A stretch of DNA of 64,000 bases from a virus: positions 126,529-190,528 of IMG/VR virus record IMGVR_UViG_3300020595_003017. The stretch is one strand, 5' to 3'. The position numbers and the translations under genes were made by a program. Positions within the stretch are counted from its first letter, which is position 1. Every line of letters begins with the position of its first letter. Of the stretch, positions 49,202-57,250 are shown piece after piece. The notes beneath the pieces are model-generated. The model had not been told where the DNA came from. It was given only the letters and a program-made list of their open reading frames with translations, and searched no databases.

Positions 49202-50542
49202 ATGGCTTACCTTCACGAATTCTCTAGAGATTCTGTATTTCGGAATAGTATAAAGACCGAACCTCAGTTCACTGTGTCGATGTACAGTGGATCAATGTTT
49301 GTAAATAGGTCAAGGTTTACGGGTTTTAATTCTTCGTCTGCTGAAATTTTTATTGGAAGCACCCAACACCCAACCAACCCACAGGTGCCTACAGGCTCGA
49401 TTAGTTTGTTCGAATTGAACGTCGGCATAGCTAGATCAGCTAGTCATGGACAAGGAGAGGCTGCTCTAATAAGGCCTTTCGTTGTTAAAGATGGTACAAA
49501 CTTTTCGTTTAAGAATATATCACGAGGTGTTTATAATGAAGCACAACCAGGGACTTTTCTTTATGGCAAGTACCCTTTAACTTCAAGCGTGGTGAGAGAA
49601 TTTATACCGTCTGTTGGAGCTACCCCAAACGCAGACAATCTTCGTGGGACTCGATTGACAAAGCCTTTTATTACAAACGCTAATTCTTACACTGGTGGTG
49701 GGGGACTTTTATTCTTTGAAACAAGAAAAAGAATCGTCGCACTAAGAAACACATTAGATTTTTACAAAAGATTTTCTAACACTTTTGGCTATACAGGGAG
49801 CTATGAAACAGCATCAGTAAATCTTATTAGCATACCTTCGATCTTTTATGGATCTAAAATTAAAAAAGGTTCGATTAGTTTAAAGTTCTTTGTCACTGGG
49901 ACACTAGTTGATGAGGCACAAGATGTTAGACAAAACGGGGAACTTATCTCCATAACAACAACATCACCAGTTAGTGGACAGGTTGTTGGAAATGTGTTGT
50001 ACAATGAGGGCTTTATTCTACTTACAGGGTCAACAGACATAGGATCAGCCGATGCTAATTTTGGTGGTGATACTTATGAATTTGACGGAACTCATAAACT
50101 GCCTAAGTGGATTTACTTTGGAGCGTTTTCTTCGGGCACTATGTCCAATCTTGCACCAAGTGCGAGTTTATATGAGATGTCTTTCAGGGGCACAAACGAA
50201 GTTCCTGTAATGACAATGTTTGCAGAAGCAGAGGCTGGTGATCTGAACTCCTCTCAAAATCCTACATGGGTCTCATCGTCAATGAAAGGCTGGACTGATA
50301 AAGCCAACAAGAAAGTAAAATATGACAGAGGGACATTTAGAGAGCCAGAATTTTTAGAGATTAAAAATACATCACAAAATGATTTCTGTCTTTCTGAAGA
50401 GGATTTTGAAAAACAAGTCTTTATTAGTAAGGTGGGGGTTTTTGATAAAGATAAAAATCTTATTGGTGTAGCAAAACTAGCAAATCCTGTTTTGAAAAAA
50501 GAGTCCGATGATTTTACATTTAAATTAAAGATGGACTTCTGA
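49202..50542 (+). CDS. Putative tail/baseplate structural protein (paralog of the previous gene)
   Basis: C-terminal GDLNSSQNPTW...FISKVGVFDKDKNLIGVAKLANPVLKK...FTFKLKMDF. ATG at 49202 (in-frame GTG at 49199). Confidence 0.6.
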   Translation: MAYLHEFSRDSVFRNSIKTEPQFTVSMYSGSMFVNRSRFTGFNSSSAEIFIGSTQHPTNPQVPTGSISLFELNVGIARSASHGQGEAALIRPFVVKDGTNFSFKNISRGVYNEAQPGTFLYGKYPLTSSVVREFIPSVGATPNADNLRGTRLTKPFITNANSYTGGGGLLFFETRKRIVALRNTLDFYKRFSNTFGYTGSYETASVNLISIPSIFYGSKIKKGSISLKFFVTGTLVDEAQDVRQNGELISITTTSPVSGQVVGNVLYNEGFILLTGSTDIGSADANFGGDTYEFDGTHKLPKWIYFGAFSSGTMSNLAPSASLYEMSFRGTNEVPVMTMFAEAEAGDLNSSQNPTWVSSSMKGWTDKANKKVKYDRGTFREPEFLEIKNTSQNDFCLSEEDFEKQVFISKVGVFDKDKNLIGVAKLANPVLKKESDDFTFKLKMDF

Positions 50543-50553
50543 TAGAATAAGTA

Positions 50554-51132
50554 ATGATTTTAGGATTAGATATTTCAACCACCATGGTTGGAGTTGCAAT
50601 TATAGACCCAGACTCTAGGACTCTTGTTTATTGTGAGGGCTGGGATATATCGAAGTGCGATACTTTGTTTGACAAAGCGGAACTTGTTGGTGCCAATCTT
50701 TATACTTTAAGATCAGAATTTGATGTAGAAAATGTTTTTGTAGAAACAGCGTTGAAAAAATTCTTACCTGGAAAATCTAGAGCAGACACGATAATAAAGT
50801 TAGCAAAGTTTAATGGCATAGCATCTTGGATATGTTTTGAATGTTTTGGTTTTTCTCCGACTTATATTAATGTTAATACTGCTCGGACTCTTTATGGCCT
50901 TTCTTTTCCACGGGGCACTAAAGGTCCACAAAGAAAAAAGATGGTTATTGAGGCAGTCATCGAAAAAGAGAAAACATCATTTAAATACGAGATGGCTCGT
51001 GGTAACAAAAACTATAAGAAAGGCACTGATGATAAGGCGGACGCCGTTGTCATAGCTCGTGCTGGGGAATTCTTATTAAGAAATAAAGACAATAAAGGAT
51101 TCCTAACGGAAAAAATTGTTTTAGTTGATTAG
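50554..51132 (+). CDS. ruvC: RuvC-like Holliday junction resolvase
   Basis: ILGLDISTT (catalytic D), VFVETAL (E), DDKADAVVIA (D..D). Confidence 0.8.
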   Translation: MILGLDISTTMVGVAIIDPDSRTLVYCEGWDISKCDTLFDKAELVGANLYTLRSEFDVENVFVETALKKFLPGKSRADTIIKLAKFNGIASWICFECFGFSPTYINVNTARTLYGLSFPRGTKGPQRKKMVIEAVIEKEKTSFKYEMARGNKNYKKGTDDKADAVVIARAGEFLLRNKDNKGFLTEKIVLVD

Positions 51133-51135
51133 CGA

Positions 51136-51144
51136 ACTATTTAA
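51136..51144 (+). promoter_or_regulatory. ACTATTTAA motif, candidate late promoter
   Basis: Sits in the 15-nt gap before the ATG at 51148. Confidence 0.4.
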
Positions 51145-51147
51145 GAC

Positions 51148-51753
51148 ATGGAATTAAACACCGATATCCTTAGATTCATGATAAAAGAAGAGATACAACG
51201 ATCTCTCTTGTTGGAAATGAGACCCGAAGAGGAAGAGGCTGCTGGTACTATAGTCGGAATACTTTCTAGATTAGCAGCCGAAGATATGGACACCGATAGC
51301 GTCATGAACGCTGCGCAGCAACAATTTAAGGCTGCATCTGCTGCGACTGGTGCAGGCAATAGAAGAGACATAAACGAAATGGGCTATGATAAAATGCAGT
51401 CAATAGATATGGGTGTTAAACATCATGACGATCACGAGGGGAACATGGCAAAGCGCCAAATGTTTAAAACAGCCCAATACGCTGCCGAAATCTTTGACAA
51501 TATTCAAGACGGCGATGAGTTTCCAGCCTGGATTCAGAGCAAAATGACAAAGGTAGCAGACTATATCGGAGCCGTCAAGCACTATCTTGAATATGATCAT
51601 GTGATGGGGGAGAAACTTGACAAGGACGCCACCGCTGGTGATTATGTTAAGGACTTTCGAGATTCTGACGCCCCACAATTTAAAGGCAAGTCAAAAAAGA
51701 AAAAGCAAGAGATGGCTGTAGCAGCCTATCTTGATGCAAAAGATAACAAGTAA
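51148..51753 (+). CDS. Modular hypothetical protein with a class-I-like leader
   Basis: MELNTDILRFMIKEEIQRSLLLE leader variant, then modules HEGNMAK...PAWIQSKMTK...HYLEY and DATAGDY.KDF..SDAPQFKGKSKKK...AVAAYLDAK. Confidence 0.65.
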   Translation: MELNTDILRFMIKEEIQRSLLLEMRPEEEEAAGTIVGILSRLAAEDMDTDSVMNAAQQQFKAASAATGAGNRRDINEMGYDKMQSIDMGVKHHDDHEGNMAKRQMFKTAQYAAEIFDNIQDGDEFPAWIQSKMTKVADYIGAVKHYLEYDHVMGEKLDKDATAGDYVKDFRDSDAPQFKGKSKKKKQEMAVAAYLDAKDNK

Positions 51754-51760
51754 AAATTAC

Positions 51761-51788
51761 TTGACCTAATAAAAACATATGGTATTAT
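51761..51788 (+). promoter_or_regulatory. Putative sigma70-type promoter
   Basis: TTGACC (51761-51766), 16 nt, TATTAT (51783-51788) with TG at the extended -10 position; GGGAGG RBS follows. Confidence 0.55.
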
Positions 51789-51810
51789 AGTGTTGAAGGG
51801 AGGTGCTCCT

Positions 51811-52416
51811 ATGAAGTACCAAGTCTTTAGCGATATGGATGGTGTCCTCGTCAATTTTGAGGATGGCGTTCTAAGATTTATGAACCAACGTCTTCGGGAA
51901 CTAAAAGATCAGCCAGATCATCCTGATCACAAACTTGCCCGTTCGGCAGCCAAAGAGATTGGCGGTTGGGATGTTGAGATTGATAAGTGGCACATTGCCC
52001 GCTCCGATCAAGAAGGAAGCCTAAAGAGAAATTACCGTACGAGAGACTTCATGTATCGACTCGTAGAGAACGACGTTGACCTTTGGGCCAACCTCGGCTG
52101 GGAACGTGGTGGCAAAGAACTTTGGGATTATATTAAAGATATTCCAGGTCTTGAGATTTTGTCGGCTCCCATGGCTGAGGGATCAAAGGTCGGCAAGCGG
52201 ATGTGGGTTGAGCGAGAACTGGGTGTCCCAGTTGAAAAAGTCAATCTTTCGGATAGCAAGAAGCCTTATGGAGTCTGGAAAGGAAAACAAGGACTTCTGA
52301 TTGACGACCGTGATAAGTATGTCAACGAGTTCCGAGAAGGTGGTGGTATCGCTATTAAACATAATCCAGATGATGTGGATAATACGATTAGGCAACTCAA
52401 AGAACTAGGGTACTAA
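51811..52416 (+). CDS. HAD-superfamily 5'(3')-deoxyribonucleotidase-like protein
   Basis: FSDMDGVLVNF (DxDG), ILSAP, LLIDDR. ATG at 51811 after GGGAGG. Confidence 0.8.
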   Translation: MKYQVFSDMDGVLVNFEDGVLRFMNQRLRELKDQPDHPDHKLARSAAKEIGGWDVEIDKWHIARSDQEGSLKRNYRTRDFMYRLVENDVDLWANLGWERGGKELWDYIKDIPGLEILSAPMAEGSKVGKRMWVERELGVPVEKVNLSDSKKPYGVWKGKQGLLIDDRDKYVNEFREGGGIAIKHNPDDVDNTIRQLKELGY

Positions 52417-53364
52417 TTGCTCAACGATCCCAACTCGGCGAAGAAGAAAAGAATCCTTGATGAAGTCCTTGGCAGGCCATCCCGCCAGGGCAAGGAATAT
52501 CTTTATACTTCCCGATGTTGCGGTCATCACAAAAAGAAACTATCAGTCAACTTTGACAAGAATGTTGCTAAGTGTTGGACTTGTGACTGGCGCACTAAAA
52601 ATTTACGACGCCTAGTCAGGCGTTGGGGTGATATAAGTCACATCCATAGATGGAAGGACTTTGACGCCGATATTGAGTTGGGCGACCTAGACAACCTGTT
52701 TGCCAAGGAGGAAGAAACTAGCCAACGAATCGACCTTCCAAATGAGTTTCAAACACTTACGGGACGAACACACCCTGCTTCCGCAAGAGTCCCCCTAAAC
52801 TATTTACGCAAGCGTGCCGTTGTAGGGAAAGACATTCTGTTTTGGAAGATAGGCTACTGCGCTTCCGGCGAATACAAAAACAGACTGATTCTCCCATCAT
52901 TTGACGAAGAAGGTTATTGTAACTTTTTTACTTCCCGCACATATGACCCGAACATCTGGCCTCCGTATATGAACGGACCCGGCAACAAAGACATCATATT
53001 TAATGAACTGCTGATTGACTGGGAACGAGAGGTCACTTTGGTTGAGGGTGTTTTTGATGCAATCGTTGCTGGCGAGAACAGTATCCCGCTGCTCGGCTCA
53101 ACCCTGCGAGAAGACAGCCGACTTTTCAGGAAGATTGTAAAAAACGACACTCCTGTCCTGTTGGGGCTGGATGCTGACGCACACAAAAAAGCCATGAGAC
53201 TTGTGAAAGCTTTACTGGCTTATGATGTAGAGGTTCGGTTTATGGACACCTCTGGGTATAAAGATATTGGCGAGATGCCACAAGAAGTTTATGAACAGCG
53301 CAAAGAAGATGCGCCTTTTATTGATTCTGATGCCTATTTATTCAAGATTGCTTTAATGGCATGA
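52417..53364 (+). CDS. dnaG: DNA primase (zinc finger + TOPRIM)
   Basis: CCGH...CWTC zinc region, LVEGVFDAI, PLLGS, LGLDADA TOPRIM motifs, KDIGEM. Confidence 0.85.
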   Translation: MLNDPNSAKKKRILDEVLGRPSRQGKEYLYTSRCCGHHKKKLSVNFDKNVAKCWTCDWRTKNLRRLVRRWGDISHIHRWKDFDADIELGDLDNLFAKEEETSQRIDLPNEFQTLTGRTHPASARVPLNYLRKRAVVGKDILFWKIGYCASGEYKNRLILPSFDEEGYCNFFTSRTYDPNIWPPYMNGPGNKDIIFNELLIDWEREVTLVEGVFDAIVAGENSIPLLGSTLREDSRLFRKIVKNDTPVLLGLDADAHKKAMRLVKALLAYDVEVRFMDTSGYKDIGEMPQEVYEQRKEDAPFIDSDAYLFKIALMA

Positions 53365-53373
53365 GGAATCAGA

Positions 53374-54174
53374 ATGAAGATTACACTATCACAACTTCGG
53401 GGAATGGTTGAAGAAGCCCTTCTTGAGAAGAAGAAAAAGAGTGGCGGTAAAAAAGATGCCTGTTATCATAAGGTGAAAGCCCGTTATGATGTGTGGCCTT
53501 CTGCATATGCTTCTGGTGCCTTGGTTAAGTGTCGTAAAGTTGGTGCTGCCAACTGGGGTAACAAAAGCAAAAAGGAGGGTCTAGAACAAGACCCGCTTCG
53601 TGACATGATCCGTGAAGCTATAGCAGAGTTGGCTGAAAAAAAAACTAACCCTCGCATTCCAAGAAAAAAAGGACAGAAGTCTAAGTCAAAAAAACACAGT
53701 GACCTCTATACCGATGAAGACCCCAAGGGCACCATACACGGATTAAAGTTTGCTACAGAAGCAGACGCTAAAAAAAGCGTGTCTAAAATTAAAAGCTCTA
53801 GCAGGTCACACGCCCATAAAGTTCAGGCTGCTGTCGCCATGGAGCAACGTGCAAAAGCTGCTGGCAAAGCATCAGCCGCTGCTGTATACAGAAAATATAT
53901 TAACTCTGTAAAAAAAGAAGAAGCTATCGAAGAAGCTGACAGCGAAGGATTGCGCAAGTGGTTTGGTCGCAAAGGTGAAAAGGGAAGCAAGAGCGGGTGG
54001 GTAGATTGTAATACTTGCCGCAAAGATAAAAAGACGGGCAGAAAGAAGTGTAGTGCCTGCGGTCGTGAAAGCGGCGAAAAACGAGCTAAATATCCAAAGT
54101 GCCGACCCACGCCCTCAGCGTGTGGCAAGCGAGGCAGCTACGGCAAAAAATCAAAGGCAGGTAAAAAAGGATGA
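53374..54174 (+). CDS. Class-I-leader protein made of three basic modules
   Basis: MKITLSQLRGMVEEALLE, then three Lys/Arg-rich modules separated by Glu-containing linkers. Confidence 0.7.
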   Translation: MKITLSQLRGMVEEALLEKKKKSGGKKDACYHKVKARYDVWPSAYASGALVKCRKVGAANWGNKSKKEGLEQDPLRDMIREAIAELAEKKTNPRIPRKKGQKSKSKKHSDLYTDEDPKGTIHGLKFATEADAKKSVSKIKSSSRSHAHKVQAAVAMEQRAKAAGKASAAAVYRKYINSVKKEEAIEEADSEGLRKWFGRKGEKGSKSGWVDCNTCRKDKKTGRKKCSACGRESGEKRAKYPKCRPTPSACGKRGSYGKKSKAGKKG

Positions 54175-55445
54175 AAATTAAAAAATCAATTTTAATTGAG
54201 GCGGTTAGGAAAGTTATTAAGGAGCAAGATTTTGATGCTTCAAAGTTTCCATACCCCACACCAGACAAGTCAGGAAAATACGCAAAATTTGTAGCACAAG
54301 CTGGAAAACCAGAATTAGACAAAGGTCCACCCAACGACGATCAGGTGTCTTATGACAAAAGATCTGATTTTAGCGCCGATGATTTAAAACCCTCCCAGAA
54401 GGAAATTAAATTAGGTCAAGCTCTTGGTATGGCTATTTCTATGATAGGTAAGCTACCTGGCCCCTTTAAAGACGGACCCGGCGGAGACCTTGGTGCAGTT
54501 ATTTCTAATGATGGTTATATTATGGACGGTCATCATCGTTGGGCTGCCTCCATTTTTGCAGTCGGACCAGAGGTTGAACTAGGAGGTTTTCAGATTGACA
54601 TGCCTGGTGAAGACCTTGTTCAGGTTCTGGCACTGATGGGTGATGCTTTTCACCCTGGCGAGAGAAAGAAGCCATCACCACATAATATCATGACTGCTAC
54701 TATTGATGACGTCAATAATATGATCAATAAATTTGTTCAAGAGGGTGTTGGCGATTTTGTAGATGCAGAAACCGTTAAGAGAGTCCTGGATGAGGCTTAC
54801 GGTGGAGTAGAGCAAGCCAAAGCGCATTTTGTCACACAACTTAAAAATGTTCAAAAACCACCTCCAGAGTGGGCAGAGTCCAGAGATAAGATGCCGGTTC
54901 TTGAACCAGACGCTGGTGAACCTGAGAAGGTTGCAAAAGCAATGAAAACTGGTAATGTCGATGTTTTTTATCCCTACGCTGACCAGGACGCTGAAGAAGA
55001 AGAGGAAGAGGAAGAGGAAGAGGCAGCAAATCGTAAGGACATCAATATCAGTAAAATAAAAATTACGAGAGAAAGTATTACAAGAATTGTTAAGGAATCC
55101 CTCAAGGTTAAACAACAAGAACAATACTATCACATTGCGGATGCTATGTATGATGATGGCACACTTGCAGAAGATATCGAATTTTGGGATGATGTTATTG
55201 AAGAGGCAGAGTACCAAGGACGCAAGGTTACTCTTAATAAACCTATGCGTGGCGACGTAAAGAAATCTAAAGTTTATGTTAAAGACCCTAAGACTGGAAA
55301 CGTGAAGAAGGTAAACTTTGGGGATCCTAACATGAAAATTAAAAAGTCAAACCCAGAAAGACGAAAGTCTTTTCGTGCCCGTCATAACTGTAAAAACCCA
55401 GGACCCAAAACGAAAGCACGCTACTGGTCCTGTAAGGCTTGGTAA
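54171..55445 (+). CDS. Class-I-leader protein: ParB/Srx-like domain + poly-Glu + internal leader + basic Cys module
   Basis: LKPSQKEI...VISNDGYIMDGHHRWAA (ParB-like), E10 run at 54993-55022, IKITRESITRIVKESL, C-terminal RRKSFRARHNC...ARYWSCKAW. Confidence 0.7.
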   Translation: MKIKKSILIEAVRKVIKEQDFDASKFPYPTPDKSGKYAKFVAQAGKPELDKGPPNDDQVSYDKRSDFSADDLKPSQKEIKLGQALGMAISMIGKLPGPFKDGPGGDLGAVISNDGYIMDGHHRWAASIFAVGPEVELGGFQIDMPGEDLVQVLALMGDAFHPGERKKPSPHNIMTATIDDVNNMINKFVQEGVGDFVDAETVKRVLDEAYGGVEQAKAHFVTQLKNVQKPPPEWAESRDKMPVLEPDAGEPEKVAKAMKTGNVDVFYPYADQDAEEEEEEEEEEAANRKDINISKIKITRESITRIVKESLKVKQQEQYYHIADAMYDDGTLAEDIEFWDDVIEEAEYQGRKVTLNKPMRGDVKKSKVYVKDPKTGNVKKVNFGDPNMKIKKSNPERRKSFRARHNCKNPGPKTKARYWSCKAW

Positions 55446-55909
55446 TGAAGAAACTAATGACAGAGTGGAGAAATTTTCTCCAAGAAGAAATGAAAGTTGT
55501 TATTGGAGCAGTCAAGGATTATGTTTGCCCACCAGCAACTCAAGATTTAAAATTAAATACCAAAAACCGTGATGCTTCCATCCATGCAGACCATATTAAA
55601 TATGGACCTTTGAATGTTGACGAGCCTGGTGATTATTGGGAAAAGATAGCAAAGTATTGGGATACCTCTGTTGATGCAGCAAAGAAATCTTTGTGCGCAA
55701 ATTGCACGGCTTTCGATATTTCCCCTCGAATGAAAGAGTGTATGCCCGGTGTAACCTCTGATGAAGACGGAGAACTTGGCTATTGTTGGATGCACCACTT
55801 CAAATGCCATTCAGCCCGTGCTTGTTACACTTGGGCCAAAGGTGGACCAATTGATGAAGATAGTGTATCTCACGAATGGCAATCTCGAAGTCCATTTTCG
55901 GAAAAATAA
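55445..55909 (+). CDS. Class-II-leader Cys/His-rich protein
   Basis: MKKLMTEWRNFLQEE, then CPPAT...CANCTAFD...C...GYCWMHHFKCHSARACYTW. TAATG overlap gives the start at 55445. Confidence 0.7.
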   Translation: MKKLMTEWRNFLQEEMKVVIGAVKDYVCPPATQDLKLNTKNRDASIHADHIKYGPLNVDEPGDYWEKIAKYWDTSVDAAKKSLCANCTAFDISPRMKECMPGVTSDEDGELGYCWMHHFKCHSARACYTWAKGGPIDEDSVSHEWQSRSPFSEK

Positions 55910-55910
55910 A

Positions 55911-56741
55911 ATGAAATTGATCATGGAACAGTGGCGAGGCTTTCTCCAAGAGGGAAGGTACGAAGCAGCCACAACAGAACTGACCCGCAAGGTAATACCT
56001 CACGTCAAATATATTATTGACGAGGTTATTCCCAGTGAGGGTGTTCAAAACTCACGCAAGGATTTGATTCTCGTAATCGGCAAGAAATATCAAGCAGGTA
56101 AAACTCTCCCAAAAGAACTTGAAGATATGATGTATATGGCTGAGTTTACTTTCCATATTGATAAAAAACTAGCGGAAGAAACAGGCGATAAGTTTATGAT
56201 AGGCGGGATGCATATGAGCGTCCCTGGTGAGGGTAAGGAAGACGACTACATAAAAATCAATAGTTATTTTGACATTGGCTTCAACGAGCAAGACCTTAAT
56301 GAATATCTTGGTGAACTCAAAGCTGTCACCATCCACGAAATCCAGCACGGCGGACAAACTGATGATGTGCTAGCCACCGCTTTCCCGCCCAGAGAACCCC
56401 TGAAAATCCCGCAGACCAGATGGGACTACAATAAAATAGATGGTATTCGTGGATATTATGCTTCGGACTCCGAAACAGACACCTACACCAAAGAAGTCTA
56501 TAAAAGAGCAAAGTATTACAAGGTGCCCTACACAGAAGCGTTGGATATGCGTATCAAGCAATTCTTTGATATGTTCCGCCGCCGCCGAGACAAGATAAAC
56601 GCCGAAGACGAGAAAGAAACTCCCGGCGAATATAGAGTAAAATACACAGAAGAAGAACTGAAAGACTTCTTTTACAACGAACTGCGTGATAAATATATTG
56701 CGTTTGCTAAAACAAAATACCCAGAGGCTGTGGGCATATGA
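55911..56741 (+). CDS. Class-II-leader protein with HExxH zinc-metallopeptidase-like motif
   Basis: MKLIMEQWRGFLQE (start re-called from 55761); VTIHEIQHGGQ...YYASDSETDTY. Confidence 0.65.
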   Translation: MKLIMEQWRGFLQEGRYEAATTELTRKVIPHVKYIIDEVIPSEGVQNSRKDLILVIGKKYQAGKTLPKELEDMMYMAEFTFHIDKKLAEETGDKFMIGGMHMSVPGEGKEDDYIKINSYFDIGFNEQDLNEYLGELKAVTIHEIQHGGQTDDVLATAFPPREPLKIPQTRWDYNKIDGIRGYYASDSETDTYTKEVYKRAKYYKVPYTEALDMRIKQFFDMFRRRRDKINAEDEKETPGEYRVKYTEEELKDFFYNELRDKYIAFAKTKYPEAVGI

Positions 56742-57250
56742 AAAAACTCCTAACAGAGTGGCGACAATTTCTAAAAGAATCACAAGAGTTTGTGGAAGAG
56801 AAATCGCCTTTGTCTTATGACCGTGCCAGCAACATTCAGAGACTAGCCCTGCGAGACCCCAGCATAGAACCACCTTACCGTGGGGACTTCGGTTTTGCCG
56901 ACCAGTATAGTTATCGTAATCCCCGCACGGGACGGATGACTAAGAAGAGACACTTGGAAGCCCCAGGGTCAGGCGATGATATTATTGGGTTCTTGGATTA
57001 TCACAGCCAAGGCGAAACCTCCGACGGTAAGCCCTTTCTTTACATTGATTACATGAAGACCCGCCGGGAACACAAGGGACAAGGTGTTGCTACGAAATTG
57101 TTAGAAGAGTTTATCAGCCGCTTCGCACCCGAGCCTGGTTCAGTTATTCACTTCGGGAAAATACAAAACCCAGATATGTGGAGCCTCTACGAGAAAATTA
57201 AAGAGAAATACCCAGAGCACCAGATTATGGGAGCAAAGAACTTCCGATGA
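56738..57250 (+). CDS. Class-II-leader GNAT-family acetyltransferase-like protein
   Basis: MKKLLTEWRQFLKE; IIGFLDY...LYIDYMKTRREHKGQGVATKLLEEF (GNAT motif A, R/Q-x-x-G-x-G/A). Confidence 0.7.
   Translation: MKKLLTEWRQFLKESQEFVEEKSPLSYDRASNIQRLALRDPSIEPPYRGDFGFADQYSYRNPRTGRMTKKRHLEAPGSGDDIIGFLDYHSQGETSDGKPFLYIDYMKTRREHKGQGVATKLLEEFISRFAPEPGSVIHFGKIQNPDMWSLYEKIKEKYPEHQIMGAKNFR

Noticed and set aside
15962-50542. Bacterial contractile injection system (eCIS/T6SS) rather than a phage
   Set aside because: The gp55-like sigma, primase, RuvC-like, SbcD-like genes and dense single-strand orphan genes fit a large phage; no T6SS membrane complex or Afp-type operon is seen.
51798-51810. Mini hairpin GGGAG-gtg-CTCCT over the HAD gene RBS
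   Set aside because: Only 5 bp including a G-U pair with a 3-nt loop; too weak to call.
55761-55910. Longer N-terminus for the HExxH gene (similarly 57705, 58929, 59351, 51790, 43201 starts)
   Set aside because: These extensions overlap upstream genes. Downstream ATGs coincide with the shared leader, a family-typical N-terminus or an RBS, so starts were re-called.
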